A DNA stretch of 64,000 nucleotides from Marsupella aquatica (GCA_973895155.1 OZ316894.1:3122844-3186843); one strand, 5' to 3'; positions 1 through 12,855 are shown, counted from the first letter of the stretch. Numbers and translations are program-made. Notes: generated by a model from the sequence alone, not told the origin.

Positions 1-489
1 CTTTCATGTCAACTGGGAATGAGTGATGAAGACCCCGTTGTGCTACTTGAATGAACTCACTCTTGTGCACAAGTAACACATTTCATTCATGTTCTTTTGT
101 GTATAATCACTCTATAAACTCACCATTCACCATGTTAACATTAGAACACATAGTTTTAGAAAGCCTTCTTCTATACCATGTACACTTATATGAAATGACA
201 CATTCAAACATATCACAGACCAGCACATTAGACATGTACACTAATATGAAATGACACATTCAAACATAATTATCATAGACCAGCACATTAGGTCACAAAG
301 CATTCTTCTATACTGCGTACACTATAGGGAAAAAACTTTCTTAATATAAAGGTCAGCACAGTTTGTGTGCGATTTTGTTGTCCCTACCCTCAAATGCTGC
401 TTGGTTATGCTGTATCCTGCCACCCGGGTTTGACCTTGCCCGTCAAATTGGGCGTTGGGGGCCGTCAATCTGTCATCCCGGTCGCCCGG

Positions 490-760
490 TCTCCCGGAGT
501 CACGGTCGGGTCCGAGTGGCAGGGTCAGGCCAGATTTGGGCCCGGTGTTAAAAGTGTTCGGAAGGGGTTTGGGTGGGTCGACCTAGCCGGGTTTGGGTGG
601 GCTGGGGCGGGGTCCGGGGGAGTCTGGGCAGGGTGGACCCGTACCAGGTTGGGCCGGGTTCGGTTGGGCCAGGGTTGGGTCTGGGGAAGCCCGGGTGGGG
701 TTAATTTGGGGCCAGGGTTGGGGTTTGGGCTGGGACAAGCTGGGGTCTGGGGGAGTCTGA
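490..760. repeat. G-rich low-complexity tract (GGGT/GGGC/GGGTTT units), probably part of a repetitive element
   Basis: Dense G3+ runs such as gggtttgggtggg and ggggtttgggctggg. The Gly/Pro-rich ORFs here reflect composition. Confidence 0.6.
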
Positions 761-2273
761 GGGAATCAGACCGAATATGCATCAACTTGCACATTTTTTG
801 GCTGTCATTTGACAGTTTTAGGTGTCCCAAAAGCCGTCAACTTGCCTAGCTGTCAGGTTCAATCTGGCCTGCCCCTTGATACATTTGGACATATGGGGAC
901 ATTCACAGTCAGTCAATTCATCCATTACTTTGGTCAAAGGCCTGGTCAAAGGTCCTTTTTTTTAGGAGGATGTTGTGTTTGCACAATTATAGCAGCGGTG
1001 CCACCTTTGTCAATAATTGACTACACACATATTCAAAAGATAGTAGCAATCCAAAGGTGACAAAAAAAGTAATGTTGGAGTATTGTAAGAACAACACTCA
1101 CAAGTGAACGTTTTTATAAGCACTCCGCTGAGCACTCCGCACAACCCCTGAATCTTCAAGCAAAACATGTGTTGTAGGAATTGCAAAAGTCTGGTCCCTT
1201 CTCTTGGAAGCCGCCAAGTGCCAGCGATAACCGGCCTTACCCTCCTGTGATGTTCATCCATGTACATTGCAGCATAAGTGTAGACAAAATATTTCCAACT
1301 AGTCACCCGTGGATAAAGCTGACCTGATCCACGTTTCTCAACTGAAATATGGTTTTGGGCATGTCATTGGCTTGAATATGTACACGACAACACACAACAA
1401 GCCTTGCCTTGCAAGAGCTTATTAGCGTGCCATCGTGATTGGGCCATCATGGGATTCAGCAATAGCCAATGCTTCTCCGTGCTTGGAATTGGTAAAGAAG
1501 GAACACTCCGGGAGACTCAGACAACAATTTTGCTCCTGTCATAGCCACTTCCTGCCATACAATGGTATCCTATAGGAGTTAAATCAAGTGGAATTGCCCC
1601 ATTACAATTTCTGTTTCTCCTTCTCCTCATTTGCTCTCCATTTTCTCCTCCAGCATTTGCCACATCGATCTTGTCATACCTGAACACTCCTTGAAGCGTG
1701 AAAACTTGGCATTATCGAGCTGCCCATGTTGTCCAATTCAACAATCGGATTTCTGATAACATCAGACTTTGATTCAACTCGACTCACCCCATTTGTTTGG
1801 TTGAAAATTTGTGAGCTTTAAAGTTAAATTCAACTTGATACAATTCCACCCCATCCACTCACTCAGCTCAACTCAGTTGGTTATTTGTTTCAACATTCAT
1901 TGTTGTTCCTTGTCCCAATTCCAAAGTTGGGAATCCATCAACTTTCAAATTTCAGTACATTCAACAAAACTGAATCATTCATTTGCTCAACCTCACCGTC
2001 CCTTTTCCCCAATTGTCTAAGTGTCCAAGATTAAACTATATCTGAGCTGAAGTGACTCCCTTCTCTATGCAATGCCCAGGATCTCAAAGTGCTAGATATT
2101 GCATGAAAACTCTCATCCAAACCCTGCTCTCCAGTAATTCCAACATTAGATATAACTAACTACTTTTGGGAGGATACAAAATTCAGTTTCACTGTTTAAA
2201 CACTCATATAGTCATAATTTGCTGTCCTGAAAAGTCAAGCCGGTAACCTCTTTCCGGGCAGGAGTTACATACG

Positions 2274-2419
2274 GTAGTGCAGGGCTGCGGGGCAGGGCTA
2301 CGGTTATAGACTGTAACCTGCTCCTGGAATATTCAAAGAGCTTTTTGGTTGCTGCGGTCAGCTTCATATTCAGGATGCAAGTTTATAGCCTAGTAACCCT
2401 GCGCCCAAACCTGCATTAT
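2274..2419. repeat. Small degenerate foldback / MITE-like inverted repeat
   Basis: Left arm tagtgcagggctgcggggcagggctacggttatagact imperfectly matches the reverse complement of agtttatagcctagtaaccctgcgcccaaacctgcatta. Confidence 0.45.
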
Positions 2420-3031
2420 TTACCCTATACTGTAGATATGTTGTGACGCTCTGTTAGTGCCTCACACATTAATTTATAAATGCAGAACTGGTCTTGTTAT
2501 GACCTGGGTGCATGTGGAGGTCAGATCTTGGTGATGGTGTTTCTCCTTGTTGGTCTTCCCTCGTCCTTCGGCTGTGGTCTTGGTTTTGACCCTTCCTCCC
2601 TAAGGTGAGGTTTTCTTGGCTATCGTGGGATATGGATCTGGCTCTATCTCCTAGCGGCTGTGGTCAAGTTGTTTAGACAGCGCTAGCAGATCGATACGGA
2701 AAGCAGTTGGAACGGAAAGTTCTTTCAACGTCATTCAATTTGATCATTTCAAAGGAAAGTACGTTCAATTTGAAAGGGTTTTCCTGATCTATTTTATCCA
2801 ATTCAGTTTGGATCTCTCTGTAGTACTGCAAGCTTTGTTTTGATTTCTTAGATTGCCAACACGTGAAGTGACTGTACCTTTTTATTTCTTCCCTTTCTTT
2901 ACCTCTCTTAATGGTGATACTGTCGTAACTACTCTATCGGAGTACTTTTATCAAGATCTCTCAACCATTGTTTTTCTTTCCTTTCTTTACATCTCTTACT
3001 ACTGATACTGTTATGTTGAAGTATTGTTATC

Positions 3032-3283
3032 TGTGATTGAAAGCCGTGACAACAAAACTCTTGCACAAAAGATGGAATGAAATAATGCGTACTGCTTTCA
3101 TTCAGGAGAGAGTACAAGTAGATGTCAAGATGGACATCAAGTTTTTTCCCCGGAAAAGGAGAAAGGGGAATTTAAAGTAAAAAATGCCAGGTGAAAAGCC
3201 AGTGGGGGTGCGCCTGGAGCAGCGTAGAAACTAAACTAAACAGTTGTCAAGAAACAGGAGATCAACAAAATAGGTAAACAACA
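3032..3283 (-). repeat. 3' LTR of copia-1
   Basis: Diverged direct repeat of 8886-9139. A purine-rich GAAGATCTGAGGG lies just inside it on the minus strand (PPT-like). Confidence 0.88.
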
Positions 3284-4201
3284 GACCCTCAGATCTTCTG
3301 AAAAAACAAATGTCTGCTACAAAGGCAAAGACTGTAAAGCTAGCATCTCTACAAATCTAGCAAATTTAAGCCCTTGGTCCGGAGAGGCTTTGTGAAGCCA
3401 TCTGCGAGCATAAGAGTTACAAGTAGATAAGTATTTTATCTCAATCACACCAGCTTTGACTTGCTCACGAATGTAATGCCACTGAACTCCAATGTGCTTA
3501 GTGTAAAAATGATGCTCAGGATTGTATGTGAGAGAAATAGCCGGTTGGTTGTCACCATAGAGAAGAACACGTTGGGCATCAGCCAGAGTATAACGTAAGT
3601 TGAAAAGTAACTGGCGCAGCCACACTGCTTCTTTACAAGCCAGAGAATAAGCTAATTATTCAGATTCAGTAGAACTCGTTGCAGTTGTTGGTTGTTTTCA
3701 AGATTTCCAAGAATTAGAGCCACCACCAAGTTTTAAAAGATAGCCGCTAGTGGATTTTTGATCTGAGTTATTGTCTGCAAAAGAAGTGTCAAAAAATCCA
3801 GAAAATCCCAAAGAATGAATCTGTAAACCAGAAAATTTGTGGATACCAAAAGTGAGGCCAAGATATATGTCGAGTGGTATTGAGATATCAAAAGATTGAA
3901 GTGCACTTTCATGAGTCAAATCCAGTTTATGAGCAAATTGCCCAAGCTTCGAACACCGTTCAGCGATGTCGGGACGAGTCCATGCTGCAAGATCATAAAG
4001 CAAGGAGCCAATCATAGATTGATAGCATTGTCTATCATTATCAGTCGCTTGAGATGTAGATGGAACAAAATCATCAGTACACGTGCTTGGAGAAGTAAGA
4101 GGTAAACTAGAATTGAGATGAAATCGTTGCAGGATCTTAAGAGTGTAAGGCGCATGACCCAAATATAGAGTGCCATGGGAACAATCTTGGGTAATGGTCA
4201 T

Positions 4202-4594
4202 GGTCAAGTGCAAGCTAGAGGGGTACTGAAAGGATCTCCATTTTCTCCACCAAAAGGACAAAGGTCCTTGGTAAAAGCAATCACTAGAGGGCAAAATTAA
4301 AGACCAAAATGTTACATGGAATGACCAGGATTGTTTTGGTGAGATTGAAAGGTTAGATCATGCATGCCAAATGTTTGGAAGTGTGTCCAAATGTTTTGGA
4401 ATTCTAGAAGCGTGCCCAATCTTTTTGGAAGTGTGCACAACATTGTTGACACTGCCCCCAATCGTTTGGAAGTGTGCCCAACCTTTTTGGGAGTGTGCTT
4501 AGCTAAATCTTAATGACATTTCTAGTCCTTCCCCTCTCCTTTTTGAGCTAGTCCTTGGGGACTCCTTCGGTACCCCTCTAGCTTGCACTTGACC
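4202..4594. mobile_element. Non-autonomous TIR element (MITE) inserted in copia-1 RT
   Basis: ~30-bp TIR ggtcaagtgcaagctagaggggtac... at both ends and 4-bp TSD TCAT (4198-4201, 4595-4598). Removing it restores the RT frame DYLGMTITQD. Confidence 0.88.
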
Positions 4595-6030
4595 TCATGC
4601 CCAAATAATCAGATAACTGACCAAGGTCTCTGAGTTCATAACAAGCGGTGAGCTTGTCACGAATGTTATGGATTCCAGATAACGTTGGTGAGACAAAAAT
4701 TAAAGCATCAACCCAAAGGACGATTAGCTCCCCAGCAGAATTTTGTACGACATAGGGATTAGAATGTTCAAAGTGGTATGAAACCAAAAGTAGTGCATAT
4801 TCCACAATCTCATGATACCACATCCGAGCAGATTGTTGAAGACCATAAAGAGCTTGAATAAGTAGCCATACAAGCATGGCACCATTAGCATCATATGTCT
4901 CGTATCCAGTTGGAGGCCTTACGTAGATTGGTGTCGGTGACTTCAGTAAAGCATAGATAAAATCCGTGACCACGTCAAAGCTGTAAGCCTCATAATTATG
5001 CATGGTGACTAGTGCCAGAATAGTGCGGATTTAAGTCTCAGGCCAGACAACTGATGCAAAAGTAGAATCGTAATCAATTCCAGGACTTTGCTTATCCCCT
5101 CGAACCACAAAACATGCTTTGTAAAGTCCGTCACGCTTAAGATTGTAGACCCATTGGGATGGTAATCTGAGTTGAGCACCAGCAGGCAGTGGTACTAGAT
5201 GAGCCACTTTGAGTTACTTTGTGGAGCTGATTGATTTCTTGTAATTCAACTTCTCTCTAGTGAGCAGCATCGGGCCTTGCCATTGCTTGAGTGTGAGTGT
5301 TGGGAACATCCGAGGGAAAAGTAGAAAACAATGCACTTTGATAAGAGTAAAGGAGAGTTGGCAGAGTGTTTATAAGAAGGTGTTGATGTAGAAGTAACTG
5401 AGAAGGCTGACGGAAAGGCTGAGAGATAATAGTTGCATCTCGAAAACGAATAGGAGGAACACCTTTAATATTGGATCGAAAAGAAACACAGGTGATCACG
5501 GGAGTGGCCTGCAAATCTGCATGTAGTTCCTCAAGTGGCAAAGTACCAAGAGGAGGAGGAATAATCGGAAGAAGTGATTGGTGAGGTAAAGGTAGATTGA
5601 CAAGAGGTATTTCAACATTGTCAGGATTATCAGATGGACAAATACGTTGGGGAACAAAAGAGGGGACAATTTAAATCTCCACGTAATCAGGGGAAGAAAA
5701 AATTGTAGACTTAGGAATTTTAAAAGATGAATCACGCTCAGATGTTTCATCAAAATGCACATAAGCAGATTGAATAATGGAGGAATTATGTGGAAACCAA
5801 ATACAAAAATTTGGACCGGTAGCATAACCAACGAAGTAACCTTTTTTGGCCCTCGCAATAAATTTGTCACCACGGAGACGAGTCTCGGGGGGAATGTGAA
5901 CATATGCAAGGGCACCAAAAACATGAATTCGGTCAAAACAGAAAACGTAAGGAAGGTGTAAAACGGTAGCAAGGCGAGAAGCAGGAGACTTAGATAGAGG
6001 ATTAATAGAAGTAGGTGAGTGGAGGCTTTA

Positions 6031-6326
6031 CATCATGCCAGGAAATAGGAAAATTATTTCTTGTTATGAGCAAAACTTTACTGCTACGAGTAAAAATGAA
6101 ATATAAAAGATGTATCATTAATCTCAAATTTTTCAAAATATTTTTAAATGGCTAGCACCAGGCGCTACTATTACTAGCTTTGGGTGCTAGTAAAAAAATG
6201 TCAAAAATATAAACCAAAAAAAAAATTCCAAAAGAAATTCTCAAAAAATTCTCAAAAAATTCTCACCCATTTGCTGTTTAATGTTTGTTGTTTGTTGTTT
6301 CATTTTTCCTGTTTCCTAACACGGTG
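6031..6326. mobile_element. AT-rich MITE-like insertion in copia-1 integrase
   Basis: Imperfect TIR catcatgccaggaaataggaaaat versus reverse complement caccgtgttaggaaacaggaaaaat. It interrupts the integrase C-terminal region. The TSD may be TTA, but the boundary is ambiguous by about 1 nt. Confidence 0.6.
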
Positions 6327-6482
6327 GTTATACATGGTGAGTGATTAGCAAGGCATGTTGCCGTCAAAACCGCTTCTGGCCAAAGCAGTTTGGGAAGATG
6401 AGAGTCAATCATCATGGCTCGGGCCTTAGCAAAAATTACTCCAATGGCGCGTTCAGCAATCCCGTTCTGTTCGTGATGATAG

Positions 6483-6825
6483 TGTTAGGTATTTACTCAA
6501 GGTCTAGGGTTACAGCATGTAACCGTAGTTAGACTAACCGTAGTCGGAGACGTGGTTAGGTTAACTAAGATGCACACTATATGCCAAGCGGTGTTTGCTT
6601 GGATAAGTGGAACTTAGGCTCATTGTTACGGAGCCACTTGAGAGATGAGGAGAGCTTACACTGTGGAGACTTGGTTTAGCCGACGGGCTTAGAGTTCAAT
6701 AAATCTCTCTTGTGTGTTCCCATGGACGTAGTCTTGAGGAGGTGAACCACGTATCTCTTGTGTCGACTACTTGCGCGTTGGATGTGTCATGTGCTTACCG
6801 TTACGAGTGTTGTTTATGCTCAACA
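6483..6825 (+). mobile_element. Solo LTR of the copia-2 family inserted in copia-1 integrase
   Basis: TGTT...AACA ends and homology to the reverse complement of 13423-13825. It splits SSPY|HHEQNGIAER. Degenerate TSD GATAG/AATAC. Confidence 0.88.
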
Positions 6826-8874
6826 AATACGGAGAAGAGTTGAAAATTTATGTGAACACCTTGGTTTTCCAAAAACTCCTTAAATAGCTGATTGTCGTCA
6901 AATTCAAGACCATTATCAAGATGGACTTCAAGAATAGAAGATTTGTATTGAGTAGTTACCATTTGAAAAAACTTTAGAATCAGCACCAATGCCTCATTCT
7001 TGTACGTCAAGGTTGTGGTCCACCGGTTGCTGGAGAAACCATCAGTAATGACAAGAAAATAATGCTTGTCACCAATGCCGGGAGTATATATTTTTCCGCA
7101 AAGATTGAAATGAACCTTTTGAAACAAGGTTGTAGCACGAGCATGTGAAAAATGTGAAATAATCCGAGTAGACTTGGCCAGGGCACACACTTCACAGTGT
7201 CAAAATGGAGTAGAGTCAGAAAGTGTAATATCAAGATGTTGAAGAAGAGTATGAATGCCAGCTGGATGAAGGTGTGCCAATCTTCGATGCCAGATATTGA
7301 TATCATCAGACTGTGAATGAGAAGATATTGCCAGCTGAGTAGCTGGTAAAATCATGAAAGTCTTCAGGCCATTGTGTTTCTTGATGGTAGCAAATTTGTT
7401 ACCCGTAGGAGGAGAGTGAATGAACTTCTGAAGCTCTTCGTTCCAAAAAATACAACATTGCTCAAGTAGATCTTCAGAAATGGTGTTAAGAAAACTGGAT
7501 TGCATGTATTGAACGTTACTAAGTTCCGTTTCCTTGGAAGAACCATCAGATTGTTGTATTTGAAGGACGACTGAGCCTCGACCAGGGGAAATAGTAGATC
7601 TTGAACCGGTATTGATCGGAAGGGGATCAGGATTGTACGTCGTAAAACTGGCACGATTGTTACAGAAATGATGACTAGCGCCCAAATCAGCAATCCAAAC
7701 GTCAGGATGGAGACCAGGGATTCATTGATGATTAAAAGCAACATGAAGGTTGCGAGAGAAAAGATTGACAATCTCTTCTTTATGAAGATGGGACGGAGTA
7801 GTAGTAGAGACAGAAGGAACGGAGGAAGAGGCAACACTGAGTACAAAATGATTAGCAGGGACACGGGTTTGCAATCGTTTTAAAATGCTTGGATGAGGCT
7901 GCCAGCCTTCAAGCCTGATATGTGTGTGTTTGTAAAAACAACAATCATCTCTATGACCAAGAATGCTACAAAAAGTACATGTATCACGTTTCAAAGGTTT
8001 CTTGGAAGATGACGAGACGGTAGGCAACGTAGAAACAACTGGAGGATTAGGAACGAAGAAGTAGTCTGGAGTTGGAAAACAGAAGAGGCTAATGCATTGT
8101 CCTGTTCCAAATTCAGTCGCCAACATTTGTCCGTAAGTTCACGAATAAGAGCAGCAAGAGATGGAAGTGTCTTCAGTGAAGTGAGCATCTGCTCCCGCTT
8201 AGAGAAAGACCAGTTTGAAAAGTGATGTTCTACACTGCTTATAAAAACAATGTAAAAGTTTGATGTCGTCATAAAGCTTAATACCAACACTCTGAACACG
8301 CTCCAATGCTGATCGATAAGTATTGCAGTATTCTTCTATCGGTTCTCCATTATAAAGCATTTTAGCATAATGTGCCCAAATGTCAAATTTCTGGATAATT
8401 CCTTTAGAAGCGAAGGCATCAGCCAGGTTAGTCCAGCATTCTTGAGCAGTTGTAGCATGATCGAGGGAGAACTGAATGCTTTTGGAACAAGTGGAAAGAA
8501 TTATGTTCCTGGCCTGCGCTTCCTTAAGATCATGAGTATAAAGTCGTTCTTGGAAAACATAATCAAGTTTGGCAGGGCATTGGATAGGAGCGATGGCAAT
8601 GCCATCGATGGATTTCCAGACACTGGAAGCACGAATAGTTGCACTGCTGTTATGTTTCCAAGATTTGTAGTTAGAACTACCTAGGAGGTGTGGGACCAAA
8701 TGAATCTTGTAGCCTCCTGTGAAATTGGAAGGCATGATGTATGAAAATAGTGACGCAAAAAACTCCAGATGCAGAAAAACTAGCGGAAACCAGCAAGAAC
8801 TACTGCTTAGTGACAAGAAATCACTCAGACTAGAACGCAAGGATTAGTTGCGAAAGAGCGTGTAAACTTCAACT

Positions 8875-8885
8875 GGCCTATAACC
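8875..8885 (-). promoter_or_regulatory. Primer-binding site of copia-1, half-tRNA-iMet type
   Basis: GGTTATAGGCC directly follows the terminal CA of the 5' LTR. It resembles the Drosophila copia / yeast Ty5 PBS (GGTTATG[G/A]GCCC) rather than TGGTATCAGAGC. Confidence 0.75.
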
Positions 8886-9139
8886 TGTGATTGAAAGCCT
8901 GTGACAAAAAAACTCTTGCACAAAAGATGGAATGAAATAATGCGTACTGCTTTCATTCAGGAGAGAGTACATTCAAGTAGATGTCAAGATGGACATCAAG
9001 TTGTTTCCCCGGAAAAGGTGGAAGGGGAAAAAGTAAAAAACGCCAGGTGAAAAGCCAGTGGGGGCGCGCCTGGAGCAGTGTAGAAACTAAACTAAACAGG
9101 TGTCAAGAAACAGGAGATCGACAAAAGAGGTCAAGTACA
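8886..9139 (-). repeat. 5' LTR of copia-1
   Basis: TGTGATTGAAAG...GTACA, a direct repeat of 3032-3283, next to the PBS. Confidence 0.88.
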
Positions 9140-9144
9140 TTATC

Positions 9145-9300
9145 AAGATGTATCAACCATTGTTTTTTAATGATATCGGTGTGCACTTTATAATGTCTCA
9201 ACTACTGTTTTTTTATGCTATAGGTATGCACTTTATGATGTCTCAACCGTTTTTTAATTTTATGATATCATGCACTTTATGGTGTCTCAACCATTGTTGG
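9145..9300. repeat. Degenerate ~45-55-bp tandem repeat (tctcaaccattgttttt...tgcactttat) interrupted by copia-1
   Basis: About 4 units here, plus a related unit left of the element at ~2946-2976. Confidence 0.6.
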
Positions 9301-11269
9301 TCAATTGGCTATTGGACCTCGATTCGAACTTACGGGGCGGCGAGCCAGAAAGCCGAAATATTTGCACCAGCCGAAGAATAACGAAGTGGAACTTAGCTTC
9401 AATTTCAATTGTCTGTCGATCTCTGGCCTGCCGTTCCTTTTTCCACTGGTTCCTGCTCTCGCAGAGGTCATCTCTTTCGCTCGCTTTCCCTCGCTTTCCC
9501 TTGCTCTGTCAGTTACACAGAATCCTTTTAAAGCTGCTGCTTTAGTTGGAGAGTCCTCTGGGTCCTGCCTTTGGTTGACCCGTCTGTACGGTGTATTATT
9601 TCATATGAAGTCACTTTTCGAGAAACTAGAATAAAATCTAGCTTCAACGCATTCTTCGGTGGTCCAATGCCGACCCGATCTGTGTTAGTTAATTCCTGCG
9701 GGTGACGTTTCTAATCACCGAGACTAAATTTTACTCAATGCGTAATTCTGTCCAGAGTATGTTTCTTTCAAATTCAGGTTGCTGCAGAGTGCGATACCCA
9801 GGCAGCGTGATGCTTTTCTTCACCTTAAGTCAGGGGCAACAGAATGACTTCTATCTTAGTCTCTGGGTGCTCTTTATCAAGCAGAGGTGTGTTTGGTTCA
9901 AGCGCCGCCTTAGCACTCACCATCAAATGTCTCTTTGGAATCTCATTGTAGATTGTAGATATATTGTCATACTAGATATATTGCCCCCAAATGTTGCCAG
10001 CCTGCTGTTTGAACTGGCTCTAAAATTGTCCAGATGTATGAAGCATGTGATGGAAAGGGTGTGAGACATGTCATGGAAGTCCTGTTGTGCTAACGTGGTC
10101 TTCCCGATATCACTGAGCCCTTGTGACCTTGGAATTTGTCAACGTTCTGCCGGCTTACTGATTTTGCTTTACTCGACATTCTGTTCTACACGTCCTTTGA
10201 TGGTGATCTTCTGAATTGCCTGCTATGATCAAGCAAGTCCTATAAAGCTGAAAACGTCCGTGTCATTATTCTTTCCAGAACCACCTTTCTCCATGCTGAC
10301 GTACAGAAAAATCAACTTTCTTGATCGTTGCATCTGAGTACACTCAATTGACTCTCTTATATTGCCAAAAGTCACAAAAGAGTATGAAATCTCTCTTCCA
10401 TGTGGCTGCATTTCGTTTGCGATCTAGTCAGGACACGACAGTGAACAGAGGCGAGTTTGAAACTTTTCTCTTCTTTTTCCTTTCATCGAAGACTCAGAAA
10501 GAACGCAGTGAATTCACATCATGGAAGTCATCATCATCCTCTTCGACTCCTGAGCTGTGCTGGAAGAGCCCGGATATTCGAGTGCACTCCAAGGACACCT
10601 ACACATTGTAGCTAGATCGAGAGCCTGCATAAAGAAGGTGAGTCTAACGGATGAACTTGCTGATGAGCTTCTCCATTGCAGGTGATAATTGAATTTAATG
10701 CGATTTATAGGGCACCTGAAGTAGGGCTGTAGCTCGGACAGTCGCATGGAGTAATGTACTACTGTAGCGGAGTTTCCTGTAGCTCTTGCTGACCACTCGT
10801 TTTAGGAAAGAGGCTGCTAAAATAGATCGAAGCCAAAAGATCTGGCAGCAGGATGTTGCAGACATCGAATGAAAAACAATTAAAAAAAACCAGAATAAAA
10901 CCGGTCGTATAGCTTCTGAAATAGAAGACCGGCGCAAAAACATCGAGAGGCTCGAGGTCCAGGGCGAACGTTTCCCGGAAGGAAAAAGAGATACGAAGAC
11001 AAAGAGATTTGCTAAAAAGATATGAAGCAAATGAAAGACAAATCTCTGCATCAATGACTTAGCGGTGTGCATAACTAGCTGAAACTTTTGCCCATCCACC
11101 CCCAAAAAATCTCCCAACACGATGGAGCAAACTCGATGCTCGATCATGTGACGAGCACGATGGAGCAAACTCGATGCTCGTCACATGATCGAGTACGTAC
11201 CGTTACCACAAGTCTAGAAAGCGAAGATGACCTTCGGTCCAATCAAAGTATACAGCTGGAGGCTGGTCA

Positions 11270-11465
11270 CCTTTCCAATGTGGAGAGCACCCTGAAGTAC
11301 ACAATTCTCGACAACTACATGACCTGGGGACACAACCGTTCCCCTTTCCAATGTGGAGAGCACCCTGAAGTAGATAATTCTCGACAACTACATGATCTGG
11401 GGACACAACTGTTCCCCTTTCCAATGTGGCGAGCACCTTGAAGTAGACAATTCTCGACAACAACT
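11270..11465. repeat. ~73-bp tandem repeat, about 3 copies
   Basis: ctttccaatgtggagagcaccctgaagta...ttctcgacaactacatga recurs at ~11271, ~11344 and ~11417. Confidence 0.8.
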
Positions 11466-12289
11466 GTACATGAACTATGTCCAGCACCTGCAAGTCACAA
11501 ATGGCACAGAGCAACAAGCAGCAATGGGGCAGTCAACGTGGGGAGAGGAGCAACTGGGACAGCAACGACGGTAACAAGGAACCCCAAGGATTAAAGGTAT
11601 CCAACAGGGCTGGAAGAGCTACTTTAGCATGGGGATGCAAAAGGCGAGTTCAGCCTTTTTACTGACCCCCATGGAAAGCTTCTTCCAAAATACATGGAAG
11701 CACTTGCTAACACATCAGCAATATTGATTACAAACAAAGTTCGTTATACAAAAAATGATAAACAAGACTAGGTGTGTTTGAGACAAGTAAAAAGAAAATT
11801 GTTAGACCTTGTAACTCTACAAACAATGGAAAAAAACTAAACAAAGAAAGGGGTGAAAAGAAAATAACCATTGGATGGATCATGATTGATTTATCAGTGT
11901 TTTCCAGTACACTATATGAGTTTTTTTATGTAGTGAGCAAATTTTGGAATAACCATTAGTATAAACTACTGTAACATTTACCAAGGGAACCTCAGAAACC
12001 CTTATTATGGACAAAAGAACACCAAGGAAACATAAAAACCCTTCAACTACTATGAATAAAAGAATACCAAAAGAATGTAAGAAACCCTTTGGCTTCTATA
12101 ACACATTTTGCATGGCCTCTATGTCCATGCACAACGTTCCCCTTGTGCATGGACATCACCATGAAAAATCTACTTGTGTTTTCCCTCATCTCCATATTCA
12201 AAGCTATTCCAGTATGCAATTCTTCATATGCTCTAACTCATTGTTGAATAACATCAACAAAAATAACCAAGGGGTTCTCTAACTAATTT

Positions 12290-12855
12290 TTCTTGCTTTT
12301 AAAGCACAACTATCTATGAGACAAGTATGGGTACAAAAGACATTCTCATACAATGTATGTTACGTATTGCTCTTAGCCTTGTGACTCTTGAGCTAACCAC
12401 AGTTAGGCTAACTCAGGTTAGGACTTAGCTAAGGTTAGCGGTAGTGCTGTTGTGTATATAGCCAGGGCTGGTGCCAATCCCCGGTGGATCTTCAGCTCAT
12501 TGTTGGAGTGGAGCAAGAGAGAAGTAAAGGTCTCTTGCTTTCATGTGGATGTAGCCTCAGACATGAGGTGAACCATGTACTTGCTGTGTGGACTACTTTG
12601 TATGGTGTTCACATGTGCATGGTGTCTCGGGATAAGGATTATCCCCAACAATGTATACTATATTGTGCGTTACTTCAAGATTCAAACCTTTTCCTTGTTT
12701 TTAAACCACAACTATGGGTACAAAAGACATTCTCATACAATGTATATGATATTCTGTGTGTTCAGGATTCAAACATTTTCCTTGTTTTTAAACCACAACT
12801 ATGGGTACAAAAGACATTCTCATACACTGTATGACATTCTGCATGTTCAGGATTT
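12290..12855. repeat. ~88-bp tandem repeat (about 3 copies), first copy split by a solo LTR
   Basis: ttttaaaccacaactatgggtacaaaagacattctcataca... recurs at ~12300/12328, ~12700 and ~12786. Confidence 0.75.
12358..12650 (+). mobile_element. Solo LTR (293 bp)
   Basis: TGTTA...AACA ends, perfect 5-bp TSD ATGTA, internal TATATA, and homology to the 5' half of 42882-43226. Confidence 0.88.

Larger units (their letters stand above)
3317..8735 (-). pseudogene. Disrupted gag-pol polyprotein of copia-1
   Basis: Fragments include gag (LLGSSNYKSWK), a zinc knuckle (CTFCSILGHRDDCC), protease (GASHHFCNN), GAG-pre-integrase (WHRRLAH), integrase (LDNGLEF, EQNGIAER), RT (LYGLQQSARMW, LWVDAL) and RNase H (GDNQPAI, TKHIGVQWHYIRE). 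Many stops and frameshifts. Confidence 0.9.
3032..9139 (-). mobile_element. Degenerate full-length Ty1/copia LTR retrotransposon (copia-1) with three nested insertions
   Basis: TG...CA LTRs at 3032-3283 and 8886-9139. 5-bp TSD TTATC at 3027-3031 and 9140-9144. gag, PR, INT, RT and RNase H fragments lie in copia order on the minus strand. Confidence 0.93.

Noticed and set aside
367-849. 160-aa Gly-rich ORF and antisense Pro-rich ORF
   Set aside because: Products of low-complexity G-rich sequence with no recognisable domain.
1010-1730. Possible transposase or SWIM-finger remnant (TCECC)
   Set aside because: The motif is too short and fragmented to assign without a search.
2439-2690. Possible solo LTR starting TGTTG
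   Set aside because: No matching TSD and no second copy found in the window.
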